Shown piece after piece: positions 26,000 through 38,420 of a stretch of DNA of 64,000 bases. The notes below the pieces were generated by a model that made no database searches, was not told the DNA's origin, and saw only the letters and a program-made list of their open reading frames with translations. This stretch comes from Eledone cirrhosa (taxonomy: Eukaryota), in assembly GCA_964016885.1 (NCBI GenBank), contig OZ024740.1, positions 214,954,001-215,018,000 on the forward strand, given 5' to 3'. The translations under genes and the position numbers were made by a program. The number at the start of each line of letters is the position of its first letter. Positions within the stretch are counted from its first letter, which is position 1.

Positions 26000-27895
26000 G
26001 ACTAATGTAAAGTTCTATTCTGGAAAAAGAAATTGTCCCTGTAGGAAGAAATTTTTGGTGGATTCTGTGATTATCAATTTGAAATGATAAGGAAAATATT
26101 TCATTCTCATAGAAACAACTTTCAAGAACATAAAAAAACAACGCAAGATCACTCAATTGTACATGTACACAAAATTTCCTATGAAACAAACATAGCTACA
26201 CACTCCAGGACATGTCTAATAACATTGTATGTACATATAGAAATACAAATGCTAGTACATGTATTAGTGGTGAAGAAGTCCAAATATTAACCAATGTGCT
26301 TCAAAATAACTGACTGAACAGAATGTTTAGTGATCTGAGAATGTAAAACCACTTTTAAAGATTGCAAAAATAACTTTTAATCTGAACCCAAGTGCAGGCA
26401 AACTACCGTAAGTAAAAATATTTGACACCAAATTATAGCAAAATTTAGTGAAGTGGTGCCTCAGCATGGCTGGAGTCAAATTACTGGAACCAATACAAGA
26501 AAGAGTACAAGAGTATGCCATGAATTACCCTCTATGAAAACATATTTAATTGATTCAACCAAATAGATAGTAAATGTAATTTGCGAATTTACTCAATTTG
26601 ACATCATTGAATTCTACAAGGAAGTCTTTTCTATTTTTTGAAGACTGTGTGAAGGCAATGGACCCATATAATAGAGATTATACATCTTCAACTCCCTCCA
26701 GAGGAAATTCAACTTCACAGACTTCGGCCTTTATAGTAATGATGGACAGTTAATTTCTCACAATGTAAATGACCATTAGTTAGGCAAACTTAAGAAAAAT
26801 CTTAGTTAAAGTATTACAATTAGTACCAACATGAATATGGCAAATGATTTTTTAGATATTATGTTAAATCTTAATATAGGGACATATTACTCCTATAGAA
26901 AGCTTAGTGAATATATAAGTATATATAATAATACATAAATATACAAGACCTCCAACACCATGTCCACCCTAGTCTTGAAGAATCTGGCAAATAACATTAG
27001 TTGCCATGTCTCAAAATATATTACCAGATGAAGAAAGTTTAATTGTGCAATGCCACATCATACCAATGCCTTAAAATCAAGCATTTTTATCAAAGAAATG
27101 TAGTACCCACTAACACCACACAATGCTGAGAAATGGCCCAAGACCTATATCATTTAGTTGAATCCCTCTTCCAGCATAGCGGTAGCTTCTAATATTGCCA
27201 AAACTTTCTTATACCTGATACAGAGGTATTTCAATATCAGCCTACAATATTTTTAATAAGAACTCTGAGAAGGTTAGCTACACTTGTACTAGCAACATGA
27301 AGAATTTAATTACCTGTATCAACAAAAGAAACTACAATAATTCCATCAGTTAAACAACCCCAGTTTATCACTTCTTGATGGTAAATGTCTCAGCAAAGAT
27401 TTGGTAAAATGATTGTTTCTACTTTTGGGCACAAGGCCAGCAATTATCCCAGTGCATTACTGGTACTTTATTTTATCGACCCTGTAAGGATGAAAGGCCA
27501 AGTTAACCTCAGCGGGATTTGAACTCAGATCATAAAGGCCCGTAACTCCATGCTGCAAAGCCTATGTTGGCAGATCAGTGTGAATGAACTTACTTAGGCT
27601 TAACTAAACAAACCTTCAAGAATAGACATAGATAGCATGTAAATTCTTTCAGGCTTCAAAAGAGAAGAAATATTACCTTTCTATGTTACAATATATTTTA
27701 TGACCTAAAGATGAAAGCATAACAAATTTTAAAATACAGTGGTTAGAGGTAGAATTTACCAAACTATATACTGGAGAATCTAGATAGTGCTACCTTCATA
27801 AAATTCTTCATTGTGATATCTCTCGTCAAATTGTTGAACTCATAGAATACCTTGGTTTCAAAATGTCACCACCAAAAATATGACGTTTATATGAA
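26000..27895 (+). mobile_element. Decayed Penelope-like retroelement (RT + GIY-YIG), interrupted by a SINE at ~27412-27562
   Basis: FTQFDI, FGLYSNDG (GLYRDDG-like), FLDIMLNL, II*LNPSSSIAVASNIAKTFLYLIQRYF, KVSYTCTSNMKNLI, DGKCLSKDLV, YLGLTKQTFKNRH, VSKCHH. Confidence 0.85.
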
Positions 27896-28962
27896 ACTTT
27901 ATCCTACCTACATTACAGGTGAAATTTCTTTGAAATTCTTTGATCAATTTGGAATTTTTTGAAATTTTACAATACATTTTGAAACTCAAATTTGGTGTCA
28001 AAGGTTCTCATGTAGACAAATGTTATTCTCAGGTATTTTACATAAGGTTTTAATGAATAGTCATACCCAAACTAGTATATTTTATCTCAATATTGGCAGG
28101 CTGACTTGTTTTTGTGAACTATCATGGAAATGTCTCCTGCCATTTACTGGATTTCCTTTGATTTGGGTTTTGTTTAATTTTATTGCAAACAACACTTTCC
28201 TTCTCATCTTATTTCATACATGACTTCATTTCACTGAAATTCTCTCGATAAGCTTCTCTGATTTTTATCTCTCCTTTATTTTTCATTACTTTTTTATCTT
28301 TCTCCACATATATGTAGATAAAATGTAATATTTCTCTCTACCAGAAGTGATTTTCTTCAATACCACCTTCCTACTTACACATCCCCCTCACAAACACTCA
28401 TTCTGCCCTCCAACTCCATTCTAAGTCAGTTTTGGTATCTTAGTAAAAGGGATGCACTCCTCCACATCCCATTTTTCATTCCAGTTTTTCTTTCTTCCTT
28501 TCTCAACTATTTCTCCTCCTCCTCCTCCTCTAGTTATACAATTGTTTTCGTAATTTTTCTCTCTTCATTCTTTTTTTTCATCATATCCATCTCTTTTACA
28601 TTCTCTCTCTCTCTCTCTCTACCTTCATCATTTATTTTTTCATTTTTTATCTCATGCCTGTTCATATTTATCATATCTCAACATATAACTCTCTCATTAC
28701 ATCTACCTCCATGTTTTATTGCTATCTCTCATTCTGTTTATTCCCCTATCTTTCTTACATATAGTGATTAGCTCAGATATCATAAACATTTATATACTTA
28801 ACTGTAAAAGTATTAATTTTTATAAGCCACGCTTCACTAAATCTTTATAACTATACCAACGTTCAGGTCTTATAAAATAAAGACGTCATTTTGTTTTGAA
28901 TAATTGGCAATATGAAACATGAAGTAAACTACTGTGAAAAACCTTAGATCTTTTACTGTTGT

Positions 28963-29043
<81 letters not shown>

Positions 29044-31439
29044 ATAATAATGATTTCTACTATAGGCATAAGGCCAGCAATTTGGTGAGAAGGGAAAGTC
29101 AATTAAATTGACCCCAGTACTTTACTGGTACTTTATTTTATCAACCCCACAAGGATGAAAGGTAAAGCCAACCTTCACGGTATTCAAACTCAGAACATAA
29201 AGGGTATAAAGGGAACCAAATGAAATGTATGAGAGAGAATACTGTGCTGGTACAGACATGTGAGTCACAAGAAAGACAACACTTGAGTAAAGAAATGTCA
29301 AGTACTGAAAGTGGATACAATCTGTGGAAGAGGGAGACCTAGGAGCACAAAACAAAGTGGTGACACATTGATCTCAAAATATTGAGCCTCACAGAGATAA
29401 TAAAGGACCATAACAAGTGGTGACACACAGCACTGGAGAACATATGCCCACTCATGTTACAAGAAAGCATTGGATCTATCCATATCACCTTCCTTATCAC
29501 ATTTCCTTTTCAATGTTGGAATGGGATGGATGGATCCAGTTTTGAAGCATTTATATATATCGTGGTTGGTGTTAGGAAGGGCATCCATCCTTAGAAAACC
29601 TGCCAGACAGTCCTATACGAGCAAGACAACCAATCTTGCCTCAAGTGGGACAATTCCCGTCTGAACCCATGCTGGCGTGGAAGATAGACGTTAAATGATG
29701 ATGATAATGATGATGATAGGCGTGTAGCTGAGTGTTTAGAGAATTGGATTCGCAATCGTGAGGTTGTGAGTTTGATTCCCGGACCGGGCAATGCGTTATG
29801 TCCTTGAGCAAGACACTTTATTTCACATTGCTCCTTCTACCTGGAGTTGCAACCAATAGATAGTATTAGCAACTGGAAAGACCAATAGAAACATTGTTTC
29901 CTCGATCCGATTTGATGAAAGTCAATCGTTCCTTTATATATATATATATATGTACATATAAACCATGTTCACAGTTTGAAGAACAGGAGGAGGGAATGTA
30001 TCTCTTTTAAATATATGCATCCAGTGAAGCCCCCAGCCCACACTGTAAAATAGTCATGATAGTGACATGGCAAAAAGCACTCAAAATGGCAATATTATTG
30101 ACACATTTTTAAAACGTTTGGAATCCAATTCTCATACTGAAATTATTTTGATATATTTAATTGAAAAATAAAACAACAGCATACATAATCAGCCAAACCT
30201 TTTAAAAATTATATATATACTTTTCATTATTGTTTTGGATTTTACTGGTACGGTCTGTTAGATAAAGTTTAATTCTATATATGACCTCATAATACTGATA
30301 TTAAGCCATTCACTGCCATATTTCTAATAAGAGCCACTACCTATAATTTTCAAATTACTTTTAATTAAAATATTCAAGAATTTGGAGTGATTTTGTAATG
30401 TAACTAACTTTTCCATTGTTAAGCTGGCGTTTGGGACACAGGTTTTCACACAAAATACTGATGGATGATTTTCAAATATAAACATGTTTGTATTGTAAAA
30501 CCAAGGGTGATTTTAGTTGGTTTTGTACCAAAAGGGTCATGCAGGTCAAATTGGCTCCAGTAAGTCCTTAGCCAAACTGAACAATGACCAATATGTTAAT
30601 GAAACAAATCAGATGATTTTATACAAGAGCAAATCTTCATCTGAAAGTTCCTCTCTGAACTTGGGAGAACTAGCTAGATTTTATTTGATTTCTTTGTTTT
30701 TAATATTTGGATAAATTTGGAAGCACTGTTACCTAACAATGACTGTTGAGAGATGAAAGAAAACAGCATCTGCTGTGAGAAAACATTCATAAAATTCTTA
30801 AATTCTGTGATACACAAGGGAAATCAAATGTGCTGACATGGTCTAAAAAATAAGTTTACTTATCTCAACAGTTAAACATTTTTTTCTATCTCTCTATAGT
30901 GAATTAAACATTTAAAATAATGACAAAACAAAACAGAAGGAAAGAAACTGCTACAATCTTACGTCAAAATATATCTATTTATTAACTGATATTTATAAGT
31001 GTCACAATGTGGGTAGCACAAATGATAAATGTACTCTGAACATTAAGCAAGGAAGTTCAAATTTTAGTTGATTCATTTTTTTCTTCCCTTCTCATTATTT
31101 CTAATTTGTCAAATTATATACATGGTGCATGCAATTGCTGAAGATGTCCATGTTAATAAGTGGATTGTGGTTCCAAAATGAAAAGTAAAACATTTGTTTC
31201 TAAGTATTTCGAAAAATAAGAAAATAAGTGGAGTATTACCACTATAAAGTTACACAATACATTTATATAATGTAAAGAAATCAGTAGCAAACAAACCATT
31301 CTCAATAAACTGTTAACTATATTAAAATAATTGTTGTAAACAAACTATACTACATGATACACAGCATAGGTGTGTTTTGAGAGAAGAGTAAGGGAAATTA
31401 GATGTAGTTGGTAAGTATGTACTGGTACAGACATGTAGT

Positions 31440-31752
31440 CAGGGTTGGATTTAGACCTTAGGGGGCCCGGGGCACTTCAGGTTTGCCCTCCTCCCTCCCC
31501 ATACACAACGAATTACACAGCAAAGCCCCCCTAATTTTACATATCAAAGTTAGCTTGACACAAGTAAATGGAATTGAAAAGTTATACAAACAGGTATGAA
31601 ATTCAAAAATTCTAAACATCCTAAAACTAAAAATCCCAGCTGAGGGTACAAATAAATTGCTATGGGTGTCGCTGGTGTCCCCCCCTCCCCACTTCAGGTA
31701 GCATAGTGCAGTTGCCCTCCCCCCACCCATTAAACTCAACTCTTCAGCCCTG
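31440..31752. mobile_element. hAT-like MITE with perfect 8-bp target-site duplication
   Basis: catgtagt at 31432-31439 and 31753-31760; termini cagggttgga ... ttcagccctg. Confidence 0.85.
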
Positions 31753-31957
31753 CATGTAGTGTATGTGAATGACAACAAATGGTAAAGAAATGCCAAAAAA
31801 TCCAAGTAGAAAGTAAATGAGGAAGAAAAAGACAGCAAAATACATCAGAAGGGGTGAAAGTTGATCTCAGGATGGAAGATGGCACACTTCACAATAGAAT
31901 GTAACAAATAACAAAACACTCTGTTGGGGAGGATCCTTCCAGCCCATGTAAACTTAA

Positions 31958-32120
31958 GATGACTATAATGATGATGATGATGACACTGATGATGATGGTG
32001 ATGATGGTGATGATGGTGGTGATGATGATGATGATAATGATGATAATTGTGGTGGTGGTGGTGGTGGTGGTGATGATGATGATGATGATGACGGTGATGA
32101 TGATGGTGATGGTGATGAAT
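31958..32120. repeat. (GAT)n/(GGT)n trinucleotide repeat
   Basis: Directly visible; produces the poly-M/V ORF. Confidence 0.95.
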
Positions 32121-32391
32121 TATCCAAAAATGTTATTTGAAATAGTTACAGCTTATCAATGAATTACTTCATTTACAAATTACTTTAGATTTCCAATTAC
32201 ATATAGACCAACTGAGCAGTTTGTAGGACTCAGCTGTAACACATTGATATAAGAAGACATTGTATTATACAGATATGATGATTGTAAGAGTGTTGGAGTA
32301 CTGACTATCTGATCTAAAGTTTTAAGCAAGCTATTGTCTTTTATATTCTACCTTCAAGCAAAATACATTATTCTAGCTACTCAAGCCAAGC

Positions 32392-32692
32392 CAATAACTG
32401 GTTTCAATCCTATAAAGGAGATATCAGGTAGTGATAGCTTCTAGATATAATAGAACCCTAGTTCAATAACTGGTTTCAATCCTATAAAGGAGATATCAGA
32501 CAGTAAATACGGCTTCTAGATATAATAGAACCCTGGTTCAATAACTGGTTTCAATCCTATAAAGGAGATATCAGACAGTAAGGACAGCTTCTAGATATAA
32601 TAGAACCCTGGTTCAATAACTGGTTTCAATCCCATAAAGGAGATATCAAGCAGTGACAGCTTCTAGATATAATAAAACCCTGGTTCAATAAC
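32392..32692. repeat. Minisatellite, ~72-75-bp unit, 4 copies
   Basis: caataactggtttcaatcctataaaggagatatcag...gcttctagatataatagaaccc repeated. Confidence 0.9.
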
Positions 32693-33920
32693 AGCAAGAA
32701 ATATGTAAAATTCCTCCTATTATTCCTAGCATGGAAAATGGATGTAAAACAAAACAAAAAATACAATAACAGAGAATTGAATTCAGCAGAGAAAAGATCA
32801 ATGTAATTGAGTAAAGACCAGATGGCTATGAAGAAGAGAAAGAGATGTAGATTATATGAAACTACTGTGTCTTATCTTTCTAATAATGTTATTGGAACCC
32901 ATAAAAAAGGTAACAACCAACAAACATCTCCATTGAGAATCAATTAATAACTGCCAATACAATTTGGTTGGTGGGATTCTTACAACCGTATCACCTTCTT
33001 TTAATATATATAAATATATTTACTCCTGGTGATGATGATGATGATGGTGGTGATGATGATGATCACCATCAACATCAACATCAGATTTCCTCCCATTACA
33101 TTTCAACAACAGTAAGGAATATATTATTATATGATGATGATGATGATAATGATATTTACTCCCATTTCAACAACAGTAGATAATAAGGAGCCTATTATTA
33201 TATGAATAACTCCCATCTGTTTACATCACTTAGAAATATTTTCAGCCTATCTTTTAGGGAATTCTATCTAAATATAAACAAAAGATGAACCAATAAAAGC
33301 TCCCTTCATGTTTAAGTATTCAGGGAGTTATAATGTTAATGGAGTTATAATGTTCAAGGAGTTATGTTAATGGAGCTTTAATATATAGACAACTTAATGG
33401 TATGTTTTGCCTTTTAAGTAGAAATATGTAAAAGCTAAAGTCAGACTTTCAGGGCCCTGCTACAAAATAATGGATTTAACGAGTAATTTAAGAAATAAAA
33501 TTTAAAAGGAAAAGAGAAGTATTAGTTTTTGAAACTTTACTTTGTACATATAGTAGAATTTTAATCGAATTAACCAATATTCTACTTCCAAAAGAATATA
33601 TATTTTGCTTTAATGGTATATAGTACAGTACGATTGGGTGTTTCAGCAAAGTCTATTACGATCAGAGGTCTCAATTGGAGCTCACGTATGATGCATGAAC
33701 AACGTAACCCTTATCAGGAAAGTAAAAGAAAGAATGGAACAAAGATGATGATGATGCTGCATGTGTATGTGTACATGTATAGTGCAGGTGCTATGATAAA
33801 ATACTTCCAGAAGTTGACATTAGCAAGGGTATTCAGGAATAGAAACACAACCCAAAATGGAACATGAACAAAACATGGCTGTCTAATGCATGCAATAACA
33901 AAAAATAGACATTAAACAGT

Positions 33921-34208
<288 letters not shown>

Positions 34209-35509
34209 TGTTAGGAGGCACTTGGCTTAGTGGTTAGAGCATTGGCCTTGCAATCGAAAGGTTGTGAGTTCAATACTCAGACCGGGTGATGTGTTGTTTC
34301 CTTGAGCAAGACACTTTATTTCACATTGCTCCAGTTTACTCAGCTGTAGAAATGAGATGATAGGGCCTGGGGTCCCTATCATTCCACTGCAAAGTGGTCG
34401 TGGAGGTGCCACGGAAAAAAAAAGCACCCACCACTCACTGTAAATGAGGTTGTTGTTAGGAAGGGCATCCAGCTGTAGAAATCAAGCTAGAATCAGTTCC
34501 CATCCCACCCTTGCAAGCAGGGACAAAGCGGATGTAAAAAAAAAAAAAAAAAAATGATGATTGTTACTATTCTCCATTCTTGCATGGATTAGATGGGTTG
34601 TCACATTTTAAGGTTAGAGAGGTCAGGTTGCCACATCTTGTTCAAATATATTTATATATATATATATATATATATAAAAACTCTAATTTTACCTCATAAA
34701 TCTTAGCTCATTGAATGCCAGCAGAAGAATTATCAAGTATTAAAGCCACGAATTTGGCAGAAAGAAATATGGTGACATGATGATGCTAATAATAATAATG
34801 ATAATAGAAATGTCTGGCTTTGTGCCAATGAAAGAAAATATTATTTCAATGTAGTTATTTAGCTTTGGAAATATTTTAAGTACAGTGAGATATAAACTGC
34901 AGCAATAATAATAATTGTTTCTACTTTTGGCACAAGGCCAGCAATTATCCCAGTGCATTACTGGTACTTTATTTTATCGACCCCGTAAGGATGAAAGGCA
35001 AAGTTAACCTCGGCGGGATTTGAACTCAGAATGGCAAGGGCCGTAACTCTATGCTGGAAAGCATGGCGTCCGACCCTCTACCGATACTGCCGATCCACCA
35101 CCCTTCAGCAATAATAATAATAATATGAGTTATCAACAGAATGCCATCAGACAAGACACAGAAATGGTTTAGAACATTGAACTGAATGGTTTATAATATA
35201 TGGTTTATTTATTTACATGTCTTGTGGCATAGAGTTATATCCCCTTACGTTCTGAGTTCAAATCCCACCAAGGTTAGCTTTGCCTTTCAGCCTTATGAGG
35301 GTCAATAAAATAAAGTACCAGGGTCAATTTAATCAACTTTTCCCTCCCCGGAAAATGTTTGGCCTTGTGCCTAATCAGAAACCATTATCCGGTTTTGTCT
35401 CTGTAGAAATCCTCCCAAAGTCATCTTTATCATGGTCAAACTAAGTACCAACCAAATACACCAATGGATTTAATTGACTATCTAACTATTATATTGTGGA
35501 GAAATGATA

Positions 35510-35726
35510 AAACCTTTCCATCTCATACAATCCAACATTAACTGCCTCTGTTCTTCACCAGATAATTCTGTATCTTACTCCAATGACTCTCTTTAATATC
35601 TTGAGAGGGTCTTCTGCATTTGTGTTGCACATTAGAGGGCTCCCATAGTAAAAGCTTTGTAGTAGGTTCATTACCTCTCATGACATGACCAGCAAGTTGA
35701 AGGCACCTGATACACAGATAATATGG

Positions 35727-35758
<32 letters not shown>

Positions 35759-35827
35759 ATATATATCTATATATCTAGAAGTTAATATCATGGTATATAT
35801 ATATATATGTAGAAGTTAATATCATGG

Positions 35828-35877
<50 letters not shown>

Positions 35878-36170
35878 TATATATTTTGACAAAAGTCGAT
35901 TGATTATGTGTATATATATATATATATATATTTTGACAAAAGTCGATTATGTGTATATATATATACATACACATAATCAATCGACTTTTGTCAAATCGGA
36001 CCAAGGAAATGCTACTTCCATTGGTCTTTCATATTGCTAATACTATCAATTGGTTGCAACTCCAGTTAGAAGGAGCAACGTGAAATAAAGTGTCTTGCTC
36101 AAGGACATAACGCATCGTGCGGCCCAGGAATCGAATCCAACAATTCTTTTATCTTTCAGCCACACACCTT

Positions 36171-36208
<38 letters not shown>

Positions 36209-36389
36209 GCAGGTTCATTACTTCTAATGACATGACTTGCAAATTGAAGATGCCTGATATGGATGGTATGGTTATATCATCATCATCATCGTTTAACGCC
36301 CATCTTCCACGCTTGCATGGGTTTGGACGGGAGTATATATATATATTGTTATGCTTTGGGAGGGTCATGTTGCCAATAATTCAGAAACG

Positions 36390-36488
<99 letters not shown>

Positions 36489-36710
36489 TAGGTTCATTAC
36501 TTCTCTTGACATGACTTGCAAGTTGAAGATGCCTGATACGGATGGTATAGCTAATGAGTGGGAGGTTACCATAGAGAAAAAAAAAATGCCCTGACAATTG
36601 ACTACACCCCTCACCAATAGATCTATAACTGTGTACAAATGCCAGATATCAATATTATTGAGTATCATAGAAATCAATAAGATAAGTAGATGCAATACTA
36701 AAACCAATAA
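35510..36710 (-). mobile_element. Fragmented RTE-superclade LINE C-terminus, with one segment present three times
   Basis: LYGNLPLISYTIRIRHLQLASHVKRSNEPT and KLLLWEPS resemble the element at 2820-3763; aggttcattac...gacatgac... recurs at ~35664, 36211, 36490. Confidence 0.7.
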
Positions 36711-37196
36711 TTTGATTCAATAAAACATTAAGCTACAAAATAATTAGATACAACATTAACTAATAGGAGAATCTGATTGATTGGTAATCTGCAATATAAT
36801 TAATTCAAATGATAGCCAATAATTCACAGAGTCTGATACAGCAAATTAAGCATAAATATGATCGAGGTCAAACTTGAATCTATATCTCCACTAGTGTTCA
36901 ACAGAGCATTCTGTAGAAATGGTTTAAATTGGTGGAAATAACTTAAGGCAGAATAAACAATCATAGTAGCTTAAGAAATTCATTTGAGTTATGAGAAATC
37001 AATTAGAAATTATAAAAATATCACAAAAATATTTTGATTTAAGTTAGACATGCATACATATGTGCAATATCTGTGAATGTATGTAGAGAGGGAGAGATGT
37101 ATGCATACGCATAAATATATAAACATATATACACACATATAAACACACACATTACATGTACATATACATACATACATAAATAAACACACACACACA

Positions 37197-38420
37197 CGAC
37201 TTCTACCTTTCCATATCAAAATCCCTTCTTTTGAAAGCCCTAAACTTTGCCAATCAATTTACTAGGATTAGTAACCCCATTCCTAGAATAATTCTGACTG
37301 CTAAGAAGTCATTATTATACCATGATAATTCCCTCTGGGTAAAAAAAGGTGACCTCGTATTATTTGACTTTTTCATGGAGAATTATAATTGAGTTGTTGT
37401 CACACCTTATTAGAATATTTATCTGAGACACTATCAAGAAAGATACCCCACTCCTATGCTCAAGCTTGTACAGAAATGATGACCTACCAAGTTCAAGTAA
37501 CATGAAAGGTTGGATACATTCATTAAGTACTTAACAGTAATATACAAAGAATTTGGTTTAAGTATAACTGACTTTGCCAATATAACCAGAGACAACTTCT
37601 TGTTACTCCAGACCTCAAGATAAGCAATTACTATCCCTAACAAGGAAACTATATACATTTATCAGGATTCCAATTACCCAACTATAATTAGGAACTTAGT
37701 AGTTGGTATCAGTCCCTGAGTCTCCAATCTATTCTCACAGAAATATCTTCAACCAAGTCAACCTCATTATAAAGAAGTATTACTGAAAAGTGGATTTAAT
37801 GAGAAGTTGGTATCTTTCAGTCCTCCCCTTGAGAGAGTTAGGAAGAGAAAAATAATTTGATTTAATCTGTTCAAGCTAAATGTTTCAACTGGTATAGGTA
37901 GGAACATCCTTTCCATAATCAAGCAACACTTCTCAAGGACATACAAACACCATACACTTTTCAATGTGCATAATGTCAAAGTAAATTACCGTAGACCACA
38001 TCATTTCCAACATTATACATTACAACAGAAAAAAACATACTCCTAGACAAGCTTCACGCTCAAACACCCACCTGTAATTGCCAAAATCAAACCATCTGTC
38101 AACTGAAGAGAGCTTGTTTTTCCAAAATAGTGATCTACAGAATGTTATGTACCACTGTATGGTATTCTAAGACACTAGATGGAACTTACAGCCAATAGTT
38201 TCAAGGCAAGATTCACTTAATGCAAGTATACTTCCAGGCCCTTCGAGAGGAAAAACTCTACTTCTCTGCCCCATTTTTATCTAGAGACTCTGAGTTTAGG
38301 GGATTTTTCCACCCTGTATAACTTTAAGTATTTTCAACAGGGCTCTTTCTTATATTTCTGGAGCCAACAGCTGTTGTCTTTGCTTCTACAAGAAACTGCA
38401 TATACTGCAACAGTTATCAA
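37197..38420 (+). mobile_element. Second decayed Penelope-like retroelement (RT to GIY-YIG region)
   Basis: DFYLSIS, LLLKALNFA, AKKSLLY, WVKKGDLVLFD, II*FNL, NVSTGIGRNILSIIKQHF, FNVHNVKVNY, CNCQNQTICQLKRAC, NSFKARF, CCLCFYKKLHIL. Confidence 0.85.

Noticed and set aside
31959-32162. Poly-Met/Val ORF
   Set aside because: Translation of a (GAT)n/(GGT)n repeat.
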